A DNA stretch of 32,000 bases from Pasteurella multocida (GTDB lineage Bacteria > Pseudomonadota > Gammaproteobacteria > Enterobacterales > Pasteurellaceae), in assembly GCF_900187275.1 (NCBI RefSeq), contig NZ_LT906458.1, positions 810,001-842,000 of the forward strand, in the 5' to 3' direction. The notes below the pieces were generated by a model that was not told the DNA's origin, made no database searches, and saw only the letters and a program-made list of their open reading frames with translations. The translations under genes and the position numbers were made by a program. Shown in pieces: positions 17,570 through 27,690 of the stretch. The first letter of the stretch is position 1. Each line of letters begins with the position of its first letter.

Positions 17570-18163
17570 TTACGGCAAGATCCCGGCTAATTTAAAGAAA
17601 GTGCGGTAAAATTCCGCTTTATTTTGCAAAGACATTGGATAGGCTCGAGAGGTCGAAGGTAGCCGATATAAACTCAGCTTTCTTCCTGCATAATCAAATT
17701 GCACAAATTGATTCGTTAGCGGTGTGTTCACTTTCTCCTTTAACAAACTCAAAATGATCTCTGTTGCTTTACCGCCTGTTGTAAATAACCAACAACAATT
17801 AGGTACTTGCTGCAATGCTGCAGCCAAATCCACAGGTTCAACAACTGTCAAAAACTTATCGGAAGCATTCTCTTTTTCACGAACGGCACGTTGTACCGTA
17901 GAACATAGTGCAATACCACGTTCACGTAAAAACATCTCAATTTTTGCCGGGTCAAAACGCTTTTCATCTGGGATTTGAAAATAAGTGGCATCATCAAAAA
18001 ACACTAACCCATAAATGCGCCACATATCGTTTTGAAAGTTAGGATAATGAAAATGCATACAGCGTTTATCTTCTTTCGGTGGGAATGTCCCCATCATCAT
18101 GACTTTAGCATGGGCAGGAAAAATGGCTGGAAAGGGGTGTGTTTCAATCAGTAATTCAGGCAT
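17570..18163 (-). CDS. Uracil-DNA glycosylase superfamily protein (family-6 / deoxyinosine glycosylase-like), 197 aa
   Basis: GTFPP...YPNFQNDMWRIYG resembles the GSFPS...NxFW motifs of hypoxanthine/uracil DNA glycosylase-like proteins (from memory). I placed the start at ATG 18163 (MPELLIETH). Confidence 0.6.
   Translation of the reverse strand: MPELLIETHPFPAIFPAHAKVMMMGTFPPKEDKRCMHFHYPNFQNDMWRIYGLVFFDDATYFQIPDEKRFDPAKIEMFLRERGIALCSTVQRAVREKENASDKFLTVVEPVDLAAALQQVPNCCWLFTTGGKATEIILSLLKEKVNTPLTNQFVQFDYAGRKLSLYRLPSTSRAYPMSLQNKAEFYRTFFKLAGILP
17599..17607 (+). repeat. Hin-type uptake signal sequence core
   Basis: AAGTGCGGT inside the UDG-family gene. Confidence 0.9.
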
Positions 18164-18213
18164 AAAGTAACTCAAAACAAGCATAAAAGCGCACACTCCA
18201 CTTTTATTCAGGA

Positions 18214-18222
18214 AAGTGCGGT
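18214..18222 (+). repeat. Hin-type uptake signal sequence core
   Basis: AAGTGCGGT, intergenic between pntB and the UDG-family gene. Confidence 0.9.
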
Positions 18223-18256
18223 CGATTTCTAGAACGTTTTACAAACTCACATAAAG

Positions 18257-18282
18257 AAAGGGAATGCCGATCCATTCCCTTT
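18257..18282 (-). terminator. Hairpin after pntB
   Basis: aaagggaatg/ccgatc/cattcccttt forms a perfect 10-bp stem 10 nt after the pntB stop. The minus strand follows with ctttatgtg, and a T5 run lies on the plus side. Confidence 0.6.
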
Positions 18283-18291
18283 TTTATGCAA

Positions 18292-19716
18292 TTAAAGCGC
18301 TTTCAAAATATCATCAACGCGATCTTTCGCATCACCAAATAGCATTTGTGTGTTGTCTTTAAAGAACAATGGATTTTGTACCCCAGCATAACCGGTATTC
18401 ATTGAGCGTTTAAACACAATCACATTTTGTGCTTTCCACACTTCTAATACTGGCATACCTGCGATCGGGCTGTTTGGATCATCCATTGCCGCTGGGTTAA
18501 CGGTATCATTGGCGCCAATAACGAGAACCGTATCAGTATCCGCGAAATCATCATTAATTTCGTCCATTTCTAATACGATATCATAAGGCACTTTCGCCTC
18601 TGCCAATAACACGTTCATGTGCCCCGGTAAACGCCCTGCCACAGGGTGAATACCAAAACGAACATTGATACCGCGTTCACGTAATTTTTGCGTAATTTCC
18701 GCTACAGGGTATTGCGCTTGCGCCACCGCCATACCATATCCCGGTGTAATAATCACCGAGCTTGAGTTTTTGAGTAATTCTGCCACTTCCTCTGCCGTGG
18801 TTTCACGGTGTTCGCCTTGTTCTTCATCGCTACTTGCCACCGGATCGTTACCAAATCCACCTGCAATCACACTAATAAATGAGCGATTCATGGCTTTACA
18901 CATAATGTAAGACAGAATAGCACCCGATGATCCCACTAATGCACCAGTGACGATCAACAAGTCATTGCTTAACATAAAACCTGCGGCTGCCGCTGCCCAA
19001 CCTGAATAAGAGTTCAGCATCGACACTACCACTGGCATATCCGCGCCACCAATTGATGCGACGAGATGCCAACCAAAAGCAAGCGCAATGGCTGTCATCA
19101 ATAGCACAGGAAAAATATTTTCTGGGCTATTTAAGAAAGACACCATTAACAAGGCTGAAACCACGATGGCGGCTAAATTTAATTTATGACGATGTGGCAA
19201 AGTGAGTGCTTTGGAATCGATAATACCACGTAATTTACCGAAGGCGACTACTGAGCCGGTAAATGTCACGGCACCAATAAAGATCCCCAAGAACACTTCT
19301 ACATTATGGATATTACTCAGTACCTGTTGCTCAGCTATAAATGCCGCTTGTGCTGCTGCATCAAGATTGGCTGGCATCACGGCTTCATGGTGTAAACCGT
19401 AACTATTAAAGCCGACTAATACCGCAGCTAAACCGACAAAGCTGTGCAAAATTGCTACTAGCTCAGGCATTTCGGTCATTTCCACTTTTAAGGCACGTTT
19501 AATCCCAATCACCGCACCTACCGCCATCGCGATCAGAATCCAAAATGTACCTGCTGATTGCGGACCAAAAATGGTTGCCACCAAAGCGATCGCCATACCG
19601 ACAATCCCATACCAACATCCCGCTTTTGCAGTTTCATGTTTAGACAGACCTGCTAAGCTCATAATGAAAAGTAATGCTGCGACAATATAAGCCGCTTGTA
19701 CTAAACCTTCAGACAT
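18292..19716 (-). CDS. pntB: NAD(P) transhydrogenase subunit beta PntB, 474 aa
   Basis: The protein has a multi-TM N-terminus and a C-terminal NADP(H)-binding domain ([21 protein letters not shown]). Confidence 0.95.
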   Translation of the reverse strand: MSEGLVQAAYIVAALLFIMSLAGLSKHETAKAGCWYGIVGMAIALVATIFGPQSAGTFWILIAMAVGAVIGIKRALKVEMTEMPELVAILHSFVGLAAVLVGFNSYGLHHEAVMPANLDAAAQAAFIAEQQVLSNIHNVEVFLGIFIGAVTFTGSVVAFGKLRGIIDSKALTLPHRHKLNLAAIVVSALLMVSFLNSPENIFPVLLMTAIALAFGWHLVASIGGADMPVVVSMLNSYSGWAAAAAGFMLSNDLLIVTGALVGSSGAILSYIMCKAMNRSFISVIAGGFGNDPVASSDEEQGEHRETTAEEVAELLKNSSSVIITPGYGMAVAQAQYPVAEITQKLRERGINVRFGIHPVAGRLPGHMNVLLAEAKVPYDIVLEMDEINDDFADTDTVLVIGANDTVNPAAMDDPNSPIAGMPVLEVWKAQNVIVFKRSMNTGYAGVQNPLFFKDNTQMLFGDAKDRVDDILKAL

Positions 19717-19726
19717 GGCTTACTCC

Positions 19727-21256
19727 TTAATCTTTTCTAAACATAGCAAGCATCCGTTGGGTCACTTTAAAGCCCCCAAAGATATTGATACTTGCGACTA
19801 AAATTGCAATAAATGCAAGAATACTAATAAAGAAATTGCCTTGCGCAATTTGTAACAACGCGCCGACAATAATAATGCCTGAAATAGCATTTGTGACTGA
19901 CATTAACGGTGTATGCAACGCATGGCTAACGTTCCACACCACATAATAGCCGACTACACAGGCTAATACAAACACAGTGAAGTGCGATAAGAATGCAGCA
20001 GGTGCCACAGATGCCAACGCCATAAACAACAACGCTGCCACTGCCATCGCACCGTATTTTTTACGCGGATCGACCGCTTTTACTTCTTTTTTCTCTACCG
20101 GTGTGGCTTTCACTTTTTGTGGCTGGGCAGACACTTGGATAGGTGGTGCAGGCCAAGTCACCTCACCGTCACGAATCACCGTTACACCGCGTAATACTAC
20201 ATCATCGAAATCAATACTGATCTTGCCGTCTTTTTCTTTACATAACAATTTAAGCAAGTTCACAAGGTTGGTGCCATACAATTGAGAGGACTGTGTTGGT
20301 AAGCGGCTTGGTAAATCGGTGTAACCAATGATTTTCACTTGATTATCGGTCACTACGACTTCGCCTGCTTTTGACAACTCACAGTTACCGCCTGTCGCTG
20401 CGGCTAAATCCACAATCACCGAACCCGGTTTCATGGATGCTACCATTTCTTTGCTAATCAAACGTGGCGCGGGTTTACCCGGAATTAAAGCGGTAGTGAT
20501 AATAATATCAACTTCCTTGGCTTGTTCCGCATAAAGTGCTAGCGCACGGCGATTAAATTCTTCTGACATGACTTTCGCATAGCCATCGCCACTGCCACCT
20601 TCTTCTTGGAAATCAATTTCAAGGAAACTTGCGCCCATACTTTCCACTTGTTCTTTCACTTCGGGACGCGAGTCAAAGGCACGTACGATCGCACCTAAAC
20701 TGTTTGCTGCACCAATCGCTGCTAAGCCAGCTACCCCAGCACCAATCACAAGCACTTTCGCCGGTGGCACTTTACCTGCTGCGGTAATCTGCCCCGTGAA
20801 AAAACTGCCAAATTCATGCGCTGCTTCCACTACTGCACGATACCCTGCAATATTTGCCATCGAACTTAACGCATCTAACGATTGTGCTCGTGAAATACGT
20901 GGTACCGCATCCATGGCTAATACAGTAATTTTTTTCGCTGACAATTTTTCCATTAAGTCTGGATTTTGTGCCGGCCAAATAAAGCTCACCAAAGTCGCCC
21001 CTTCTTTTATCAGTGCGATTTCGCTATCCGTTGGCGCATTCACTTTAAAAATGATATCTGACTGCCAAACTTCCTGCGCTGAGCCAATTTTGGCGCCTGC
21101 TTCTGCAAATGCTTGATCTTCAAAACTCGCTTTAAAACCGGCATGATGTTCAACAATGACCTCAAAGCCCAGCTTTAAGATTTGTTGTACCGTTTTTGGC
21201 GTTGCCGCCACACGACTTTCATTATCAAGCAGTTCTCTAGGTACACCAATTAACAT
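19727..21256 (-). CDS. pntA: NAD(P) transhydrogenase subunit alpha PntA, 509 aa
   Basis: I placed the start at ATG 21256 ([13 protein letters not shown] aagga). The protein has an alanine-dehydrogenase-like dI domain ([15 protein letters not shown]) and C-terminal TM helices. Confidence 0.95.
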   Translation of the reverse strand: MLIGVPRELLDNESRVAATPKTVQQILKLGFEVIVEHHAGFKASFEDQAFAEAGAKIGSAQEVWQSDIIFKVNAPTDSEIALIKEGATLVSFIWPAQNPDLMEKLSAKKITVLAMDAVPRISRAQSLDALSSMANIAGYRAVVEAAHEFGSFFTGQITAAGKVPPAKVLVIGAGVAGLAAIGAANSLGAIVRAFDSRPEVKEQVESMGASFLEIDFQEEGGSGDGYAKVMSEEFNRRALALYAEQAKEVDIIITTALIPGKPAPRLISKEMVASMKPGSVIVDLAAATGGNCELSKAGEVVVTDNQVKIIGYTDLPSRLPTQSSQLYGTNLVNLLKLLCKEKDGKISIDFDDVVLRGVTVIRDGEVTWPAPPIQVSAQPQKVKATPVEKKEVKAVDPRKKYGAMAVAALLFMALASVAPAAFLSHFTVFVLACVVGYYVVWNVSHALHTPLMSVTNAISGIIIVGALLQIAQGNFFISILAFIAILVASINIFGGFKVTQRMLAMFRKD

Positions 21257-21535
21257 AATGTTTCCTTCAAATTGATTGATGATAATCTTGAGTAACCCTG
21301 TTACTCCCCTAAAAGATGACAATAAGTCAAAACCATTTCAATGTACCATTTATTGTTTTAAAGTTGCAAAAGATTTTAGTCTTTTACAGTAAGATTTAAC
21401 GATCTTTATTTAAATCCTCATTAAACTAAATATTATCTAAACTTAGTCCACAATAACCTCTTAATTTATATGGCAATTTTACACGCCTCAAATGTAAGAT
21501 GACCTGCTACACTGCAATAGGACGTTTTCAGCTCC

Positions 21536-21544
21536 AAGTGCGGT
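21536..21544 (+). repeat. Hin-type uptake signal sequence core
   Basis: AAGTGCGGT in the pntA-sfsA divergent region. Confidence 0.9.
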
Positions 21545-21629
21545 ATTTTTAACAAGATTTTACTTGCCAGCGCTAACAATATTCCGCAATATAACGCCAC
21601 TTTTTTTTAACCGATTTATAGGACAGACT

Positions 21630-22352
21630 ATGCAACTTCCTCCCCTTCAATCCGCGACACTGATTCGTCGCTACAAACGTTTTCTCGCAGATGTACAACT
21701 TGATAATGGTGAGATGCTAACCATTCATTGTGCAAATACCGGTGCCATGACAGGTTGTGGTGAAGCAGGAGATATTGTTTGGTATTCACATTCCGATAGT
21801 CAAACACGTAAATACCCACATTCTTGGGAATTAACCGAGCTAAAAAATGGCAATATGGTCTGTATTAATACTCATCGCTCTAATCAACTCACTTTAGAAG
21901 CACTGCAAAATAAACAAATTAAAGCATTGGCGATGTATGAACAGATCCTACCAGAAGTGAAATATGGTGAGGAAAATAGCCGAATTGATTTTTTACTCAA
22001 AGGCGATGGATTACCCGATTGTTATGTAGAAGTGAAATCTGTCACCTTAGTAAAAAACACGATTGGCATGTTCCCTGATGCCGTCACTACACGAGGACAA
22101 AAACATTTACGCGAATTAATAGCAATGAAAAAACGAGGACATCGTGCCGTAGTCTTTTTTGCGGGCTTACACAATGGTTTTGATTGTTTTAAAGTGGCAG
22201 AATATATTGACCCAGAATACGACAAGTTGCTACAAGAGGCGATACAAGAAGGCGTAGAGGTGTATGCCTATGCAGGTAAATTTGATTTTTCTGATAAAAA
22301 ACCAACCGCACTTTCTCTCACCCATTGTGTGCCTTATATCGGTAAAAAGTAA
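21630..22352 (+). CDS. sfsA: Sugar fermentation stimulation protein SfsA (nuclease-fold DNA-binding protein), 240 aa
   Basis: [12 protein letters not shown]...HCANTGAM...RIDFLL...YVEVKSVT is characteristic of SfsA. I placed the start at ATG 21630 (RBS aggaca). The ORF-track start at 21564 is a TTG extension. Confidence 0.9.
   Translation: MQLPPLQSATLIRRYKRFLADVQLDNGEMLTIHCANTGAMTGCGEAGDIVWYSHSDSQTRKYPHSWELTELKNGNMVCINTHRSNQLTLEALQNKQIKALAMYEQILPEVKYGEENSRIDFLLKGDGLPDCYVEVKSVTLVKNTIGMFPDAVTTRGQKHLRELIAMKKRGHRAVVFFAGLHNGFDCFKVAEYIDPEYDKLLQEAIQEGVEVYAYAGKFDFSDKKPTALSLTHCVPYIGKK
22305..22313 (-). repeat. Hin-type uptake signal sequence core
   Basis: ACCGCACTT near the 3' end of sfsA. Confidence 0.9.
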
Positions 22353-22389
22353 CCGATTCATTTATTGAGAATTATTTTCATTAAATCTA

Positions 22390-22418
22390 TTGACAACAAT
22401 TTTGATAACGATTATCAT
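22390..22418 (+). promoter_or_regulatory. Near-consensus sigma70 promoter in the sfsA-tyrS intergenic region
   Basis: The promoter is TTGACA (22390-22395), a 17-nt spacer, then TATCAT (22413-22418). Confidence 0.6.
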
Positions 22419-22422
22419 TCAT
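22404..22422 (+). promoter_or_regulatory. Fur box overlapping the spacer and -10 of that promoter
   Basis: gataacgattatcattcat matches GATAATGATAATCATTATC at 14/19, and at 14/16 over the first 16 positions. Confidence 0.65.
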
Positions 22423-22424
22423 TT

Positions 22425-22494
22425 CATTCGAACAACAATAGATAATCACTCCAACATTTGAACGCCTCCTCCCCCACAAAGAGGCGTTTTTTTT
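22425..22494 (+). ncRNA. Candidate ~70-nt Fur-repressed small RNA (RyhB-analogue, possibly HrrF-like)
   Basis: A transcript from the predicted TSS near 22425 runs into a strong intrinsic terminator (22461-22494). The interval has no ATG or ORF. The terminator loop is C-rich (cucccccacaaa) and an upstream cacucc is present. Confidence 0.5.
22461..22494 (+). terminator. Rho-independent terminator, plus strand only
   Basis: aacgcctc/ctcccccacaaa/gaggcgtt is followed by a T8 run (22487-22494). Confidence 0.85.
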
Positions 22495-22567
22495 ATGCGA
22501 AATTTTTGTAAACATCTTTAATTCATTTTTCCCTCTTGCGTCAAAATAACTACTTATCAAAAACAGC

Positions 22568-22753
22568 TTAATCTAACAAAGCACGATGATTCTCATCAGG
22601 CTCCATGTTATGTAGTTGAAGAATCAATTTTCCTTTATATATGAGTTGTTCATAATGAGCACCACCATGCCCTTTGGCTGCGCCTAAGTTTTTGGTATAC
22701 CAGTCTGTACTTACCTGTACATCACGAACAGTGATTAGTGTTTGGTTATGCAT
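22568..22753 (-). pseudogene. N-terminal remnant (61 aa) of a glyoxalase/bleomycin-resistance (VOC) family protein
   Basis: MHNQTLITVRDVQVSTDWYTKNLGAAKGHGG..YEQL...LQLHNMEPDENH matches the first beta-alpha-beta-beta-beta module of ~125-aa VOC proteins (from memory). The ORF stops after about half the usual length and no continuation appears in other frames. Confidence 0.5.
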
Positions 22754-22952
22754 ATATTTTCCTTTCTTGCTGCTCGCTTTATCACTTTCTTGTTCAAATT
22801 ATAATTTATCCGTTTCATTTCCCCAAAACACCAGATAACACAAGATTCGCTTTTTCCTGCCATAATCATAAATAAAGCCATATCGAGCCTTTTCATTTAA
22901 CGAATAATCACTATAATGTAGAATTTTAGCCAAAATGAAACAGGAAATTAGA

Positions 22953-24140
22953 ATGACGGAGATAAATACGGTTCTTGCTGAACTTAAACGTGGTGTAGAT
23001 GAAATTCTTTCAGAAGCGGACTTAATTGAAAAACTAAAAGAAAACCGCCCTTTACGCGTAAAATTAGGTGCTGATCCAACAGCCCCTGATATCCATTTAG
23101 GACACACCGTCGTATTAAATAAATTACGTCAATTTCAACAATTTGGTCATGAAGTCATTTTCTTAATTGGTGACTTTACCGGTATGGTTGGTGACCCATC
23201 TGGCAAGAATACTACTCGCCCACCACTCAGTCGTGACGATGTCTTACGCAATGCCGAAACCTACAAGCAACAAATCTATAAGATTTTAGATCCACAAAAA
23301 ACCCGTATTGTGTTTAACTCAAGCTGGTTAGGCGAATTAGGGACAGAAGGCATGATTCGTTTAACCTCAAATTACACCGTTGCACGTATGTTAGAACGTG
23401 ATGATTTCAAAAAACGTTTTAGCAACAACCAGCCTATCGCGATTCATGAATTTATCTATCCTTTATTGCAAGGTTATGACTCTGTGGCATTAGATGCCGA
23501 TATCGAATTAGGTGGAACAGACCAAAAATTCAATCTTTTAGTCGGACGTGAATTACAAAAATCGGCGGGTCAAAAACCGCAAGTTGCCATCACGTTACCA
23601 CTACTTGTAGGCTTAGACGGTGAGAAAAAAATGTCGAAGTCACTGGGTAATTACATTGGTGTTGCAGAAAGCCCGACAGAAATGTTTGGTAAAGTGATGT
23701 CAATTTCTGATGAGCTCATGTGGGATTGGTATGACTTACTGTCTTTCCGCCCATTAACCGAAATCGCCCAATTAAAACAAGAGGTTGAAAACGGACGTAA
23801 CCCACGTGATATCAAAGTGTTACTTGCCAAAGAAATCATTGCTCGTTTCCATAGTGAAGCTGACGCAGAAGCTGCAGAACAAGAATTTATTAATCGTTTC
23901 CAAAAAGGCGCAATGCCTGAAGATATGCCTGAATTGACCTTTGAAGGAGAAATGGGCTTAGCAAACTTGTTAAAAGAAGCGGGATTAGTCGCCTCAACCT
24001 CTGAAGCAAACCGGATGGTGCAACAAGGTGGCGTGAAAATTGACGGTGAAAAAGTCGAAGATGCCAAATTAGTTATCAAAGCAAGTACCGCCGTTTATCA
24101 AGTAGGTAAACGTAAGTTTGCGCGTGTGACAGTGAAGTAA
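22953..24140 (+). CDS. tyrS: Tyrosyl-tRNA synthetase, 395 aa
   Basis: The class I signatures HLGH and KMSKS are present, plus a C-terminal S4-like domain. I placed the start at ATG 22953 ([17 protein letters not shown] aggaaa). Confidence 0.96.
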   Translation: MTEINTVLAELKRGVDEILSEADLIEKLKENRPLRVKLGADPTAPDIHLGHTVVLNKLRQFQQFGHEVIFLIGDFTGMVGDPSGKNTTRPPLSRDDVLRNAETYKQQIYKILDPQKTRIVFNSSWLGELGTEGMIRLTSNYTVARMLERDDFKKRFSNNQPIAIHEFIYPLLQGYDSVALDADIELGGTDQKFNLLVGRELQKSAGQKPQVAITLPLLVGLDGEKKMSKSLGNYIGVAESPTEMFGKVMSISDELMWDWYDLLSFRPLTEIAQLKQEVENGRNPRDIKVLLAKEIIARFHSEADAEAAEQEFINRFQKGAMPEDMPELTFEGEMGLANLLKEAGLVASTSEANRMVQQGGVKIDGEKVEDAKLVIKASTAVYQVGKRKFARVTVK

Positions 24141-24159
24141 GCAAAACTGTTGCAAAATA

Positions 24160-24168
24160 GACCGCACT
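24160..24168 (-). repeat. Hin-type uptake signal sequence core
   Basis: ACCGCACTT just after the tyrS stop. Confidence 0.9.
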
Positions 24169-24184
24169 TTGTCTCAATATATTG

Positions 24185-24214
24185 AATGGGCAGTCAATAC
24201 ACTGCCCATTTTTT
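24185..24214 (+). terminator. tyrS intrinsic terminator
   Basis: aatgggcagt/caatac/actgcccatt forms a perfect 10-bp stem followed by a T-run. Confidence 0.85.
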
Positions 24215-24233
24215 ATTTCTCCTGCTCACAAAA

Positions 24234-24260
24234 AAAGCCCTATTTACACAATCGGGCTTT
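24234..24260 (-). terminator. Terminator for the large TonB-dependent receptor gene
   Basis: On the minus strand the hairpin is aaagccc/13-nt loop/gggcttt, followed by tttt. It begins 22 nt after the TAG stop. Confidence 0.55.
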
Positions 24261-24281
24261 TAAATAAAATGACAAAACATG

Positions 24282-27200
24282 CTAGAATTTTGCGGTTAAA
24301 CCAAATTTTACCGTACGACCTGGCGCAGGCATGGAAGACCTTGTCATCGGATCAAGATAATAACGATCTGTTAAGTTTGTTCCAGATAAGGTGAGCAACA
24401 AATGCTCATTGACTTGATAATTAATATACGCATCTACTAAGAATACTGGGGTCCAACGAGGTACATTGCTATACCCAGGGAAGCCAGCCTCAAATAAAGA
24501 TTTATTGCGTGTATCTTTAACATTGGTGTGATAAACCAAGCGAGTACCTAGCTCCAATTTTTCATCCAATAAACGCATACCTAAATTTGAAGTGATGCTG
24601 TATTTCGGCAAAATGGTATTTTTTAAGTAACCATTGGCATTACCGCCATTCACACAAACAGGGTGGATATTATTTCCCCGAATAGAGAAGTCGTTATTAA
24701 TAATAGCCGACTCTTTATCACAGAATTTATTGCGGATATTGTAGCTAATGCCTAAATCCGCAAAGAAGTTGCCTTGGTCATAACGCCCTTGTAATTCTAG
24801 CCCCTCTAAAATACGTTTTTCAAATTGGCGCATTTCGTAATTTGCATCACGGTCAAAAATATTTTGGTGGTATTTTTGTACCAATTTAAGCGAATATCAG
24901 CCCGTCTTAACCGTGGGAAGAAACCTCGTAAATCGTGTACATAACCAATCTCAATATTTTTACTGTGCTCAGGTTTACGCTTATACAATGGTGTCAACAC
25001 TGCCACCGAATAACCAATAGTATCTTCAAATAAACTTGGCATCCGCTTGGTTTCGTCATAACGTGCATAAATACGTACATTTGGGCTTAAAAAAACGGTC
25101 GCACTAAACGAAGGCGCCCAAGCATGATCTTTACGTTCAGCTTTTTTCATGGCTTCCCATTGAGCATCCGTAAGAGGAATATGTTCGCCTTTTGCGCTTC
25201 CTTCAAGTCGATAGCGATAGATTTTATCTCCTGCTAACAAGTTACCCGCCCCCTCAAAATTGCGTGGAATAACTTCCTCATTTTTTCCCGTAATCGGATT
25301 TTCAACTAATTCTTTCAAGCTAGCGGGATCAACCTCCCCATTAAACGTTGGAAACGCCTCTCCAGAATAATTGCCATATTCATTTTTATACCAGAAAAAT
25401 TCTTTAACAAGATCATACTTCATTCCTGAACCTTGCCCATTAAAATATTTTTCTTCAAATTCTTTTTCCTCTGCAGATAACTCTGGAAAATTATTCGCAA
25501 GTTTAAATTCCTCAAATCTCGCGTCCCTCTCATCACGAAAATAAGGATAACATGTACTATCTGCAAAACCTGCTTGCTGACAAATTTCCTCCGCTGTCAT
25601 ACCTTGACTTAATAAAGTATCATACTTGGGATCTTTTTCTGCAAATTGTTTTGTGAGTTCAATTTGGCGGTTATAGGTTTTTTTATAACGTTCGGCAATT
25701 GCTTGATCAACCTCCTCCAGTTCTCTAACTTTCAATAAACTCAATTTAATCACAGAAGGATTTTGAATTGCCTCTTTATTCATATCCTTAATTTTTTCTT
25801 GTAATCCCTTATCTTTTGATTTGTAGTGGGTATATTTCATCCCTGCCGTGAGCATTAACCAATCCGTTGGCATATATTCAAAACGGAAACCGGCATTAAA
25901 CTCATTACGCGTGCCCTTTCTGGGTGCGGCTTTAGCATCGCTACTAATGCCTACTTTACAAGCATTCGGATTGGTTGGGCTACATGTTCCCGACATAGCA
26001 CCTGGCAATTGATATTTTTCCCACAGTCCAAATACAGTTTCCGTTTCGAGGGTTTCACGACGATAGTTCGCCATCACATCAAGATTTAATCTCGGATGAA
26101 GCTCAAAGCGGTTACTTATTGTTAATCCCCAATGGTTATCACGCGCAAATTGGGCGTGTGCTTTTTGCGTATTAAAAATGCCGTCTGTGTTTGGAGTTGC
26201 AGTGCCTGAATTTAAATAAGCCTCTGTTTTTTCTTTCATGAGTTTAACTAACTCTTTTTCCACTTCTTTACGGAAATTAGGATCATCAAAATCGAAATTC
26301 CAATCTGGATGCATTTGCATATATTGTGGTCCTACAATGCTATAGGCTTCGTTAATTGCTTCCATACGCATATTGGTATATTGCTGATCAGAGAACAATA
26401 CATCCATTGGTGAGCCACCCGCCGTATTGGTTAAGGTCTTATTCCACAATGCCCAAGCTCCTATCTTTAAATCAATCCACTTATTATCTGGTGGACTAAG
26501 TTCATAGTTAAAACTGATGGATTTTTGTTTTACATTAGCAAGAGGCCATTCTAGAACTGTACCTAATCCCCCCCAAACTTGACCTAAACGCGATGGCATA
26601 ATATCGCCATATTGAATATCACTTTGTCTAAAATTCATATTTACATTGGAATAATCATTAATATAATATTTTCCTTTCAACAATAAAGATTTAGATTCAT
26701 ACGAGGTATTCGGTGTTTCATATTTCGGATAATAAATTTTCGCAATATAAGGCACATAAGGATCATCACTGTAAAGATTAACATTTCGCTCCATAGGTTT
26801 TCCCTCACCATAACGATGTCCCCCTTTCGAACCTGCATAATAATTTCCTTTATTGCGATAAGCATACGCAGCTAAACCCTCAAACTTATCTTGCTTAGTT
26901 GCAACGGCAAGACGAATCGCATTATCATTAAAGAACTTATTACGCCCACCGCTACGTGGTTCTTGACGATCATCTCCTTTGAAGAAAGCTGCCCATTCGC
27001 CTAATTCAGCCCCACCAAGTTGGCTGACCTTACGGTAGTCTTCACCAAAGATATACGGACCAGGTCGTTTTTTAATGGAATTATTGGCAGTCTCAACCTT
27101 TAACTCAATCCCCCATTTTTCTCCGGGTTTGACAATATCATCAACAGACAATGTGTTCATTCTCACCGTCCCTGCTGAACCTGTTCGTAAAGAGCGGTTT

Positions 27201-27658
27201 AAATTTGGTCCTTTTTCAACAGAAATAGAACTAATCAAAAATGGATCAAGATAGTTACGGTTTGATACTCCCGCATAACCACGCCAAATCGTAATAGATT
27301 GTTCTGTATCATCAACAAGAACTGGTATCCGACCTTGTCCCCATGCGCTACGAATAATGGGGTCAACGGCTCCACCATTGCGCGCATCACCACTATAAAC
27401 CCCCGTGATCCCACTAAACAGATCAGAAACTGATTGACCATGGAAGGTTTCAATTTCTTTTTTACTTTTATATTCTGTTACCTGATCTTTGGTAAATATT
27501 TCATCTTTTCCAGCTTGTCCTTTATCGCCACTTTTTCCACCCACAACAATGGTTTCTAAGGTTGTTGCTTGAGCAACAGAAAGATTTAACAACATTAAAA
27601 GTAACCCCATCGCTAAACTGTGATGTTTTAGCTGATTTGATTTTTTCATCGCAAACAT
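24282..27658 (-). pseudogene. Oversized TonB-dependent receptor (~1125 aa if repaired) with a -1-nt frameshift. The ORF track splits it into 950-aa and 200-aa pieces.
   Basis: The signal peptide ends ...LSVAQA/TT and a plug region follows (IRSAWGQGRIPVLVDD...VEKGPN). The C-terminal barrel ends with a terminal Phe (GLTAKF). The two ORFs overlap at 24806-24884. Adding one A to the A5 tract (T5 on the plus strand, 24873-24877) gives ...RLNWYKKYHQNIFDRDANYEM... and a single ORF. Confidence 0.85.
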
Positions 27659-27671
27659 AATTACCCCATTT

Positions 27672-27690
27672 AAAAATAATAATCATTATT
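27672..27690 (-). promoter_or_regulatory. Fur box upstream of the large receptor gene
   Basis: aaaaataataatcattatt matches the 19-mer Fur consensus at 15/19 (9/10 in the 3' half). Further NATWAT hexamers extend to about 27700. The box lies 14-32 nt upstream of ATG 27658. Confidence 0.65.

Noticed and set aside
21257-21322. N-terminal extensions in the ORF track: pntA 21322, sfsA 21564, rbfA 29278, UDG 18196, lipoprotein 29365, tyrS 22935, modE 13411 and the membrane protein 3026
   Set aside because: The internal starts have better RBS spacing and match the canonical N-termini of these families. Several of the extensions begin at non-ATG codons or run through terminator or promoter sequence.
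22799-23107. 102-aa minus-strand ORF spanning the tyrS promoter and 5' end
   Set aside because: It overlaps the tyrS start antisense, has odd composition and no RBS. It is probably an artefact of AT-rich intergenic sequence.
24806-24900. Programmed -1 ribosomal frameshift or classical phase-variation repeat in the large receptor
   Set aside because: The site (C AAA AAT) is not a canonical X XXY YYZ heptamer in the zero frame, and no downstream pseudoknot or hairpin is obvious. The tract is only 5 nt, and no tetranucleotide (CCAA-type) repeat is present.
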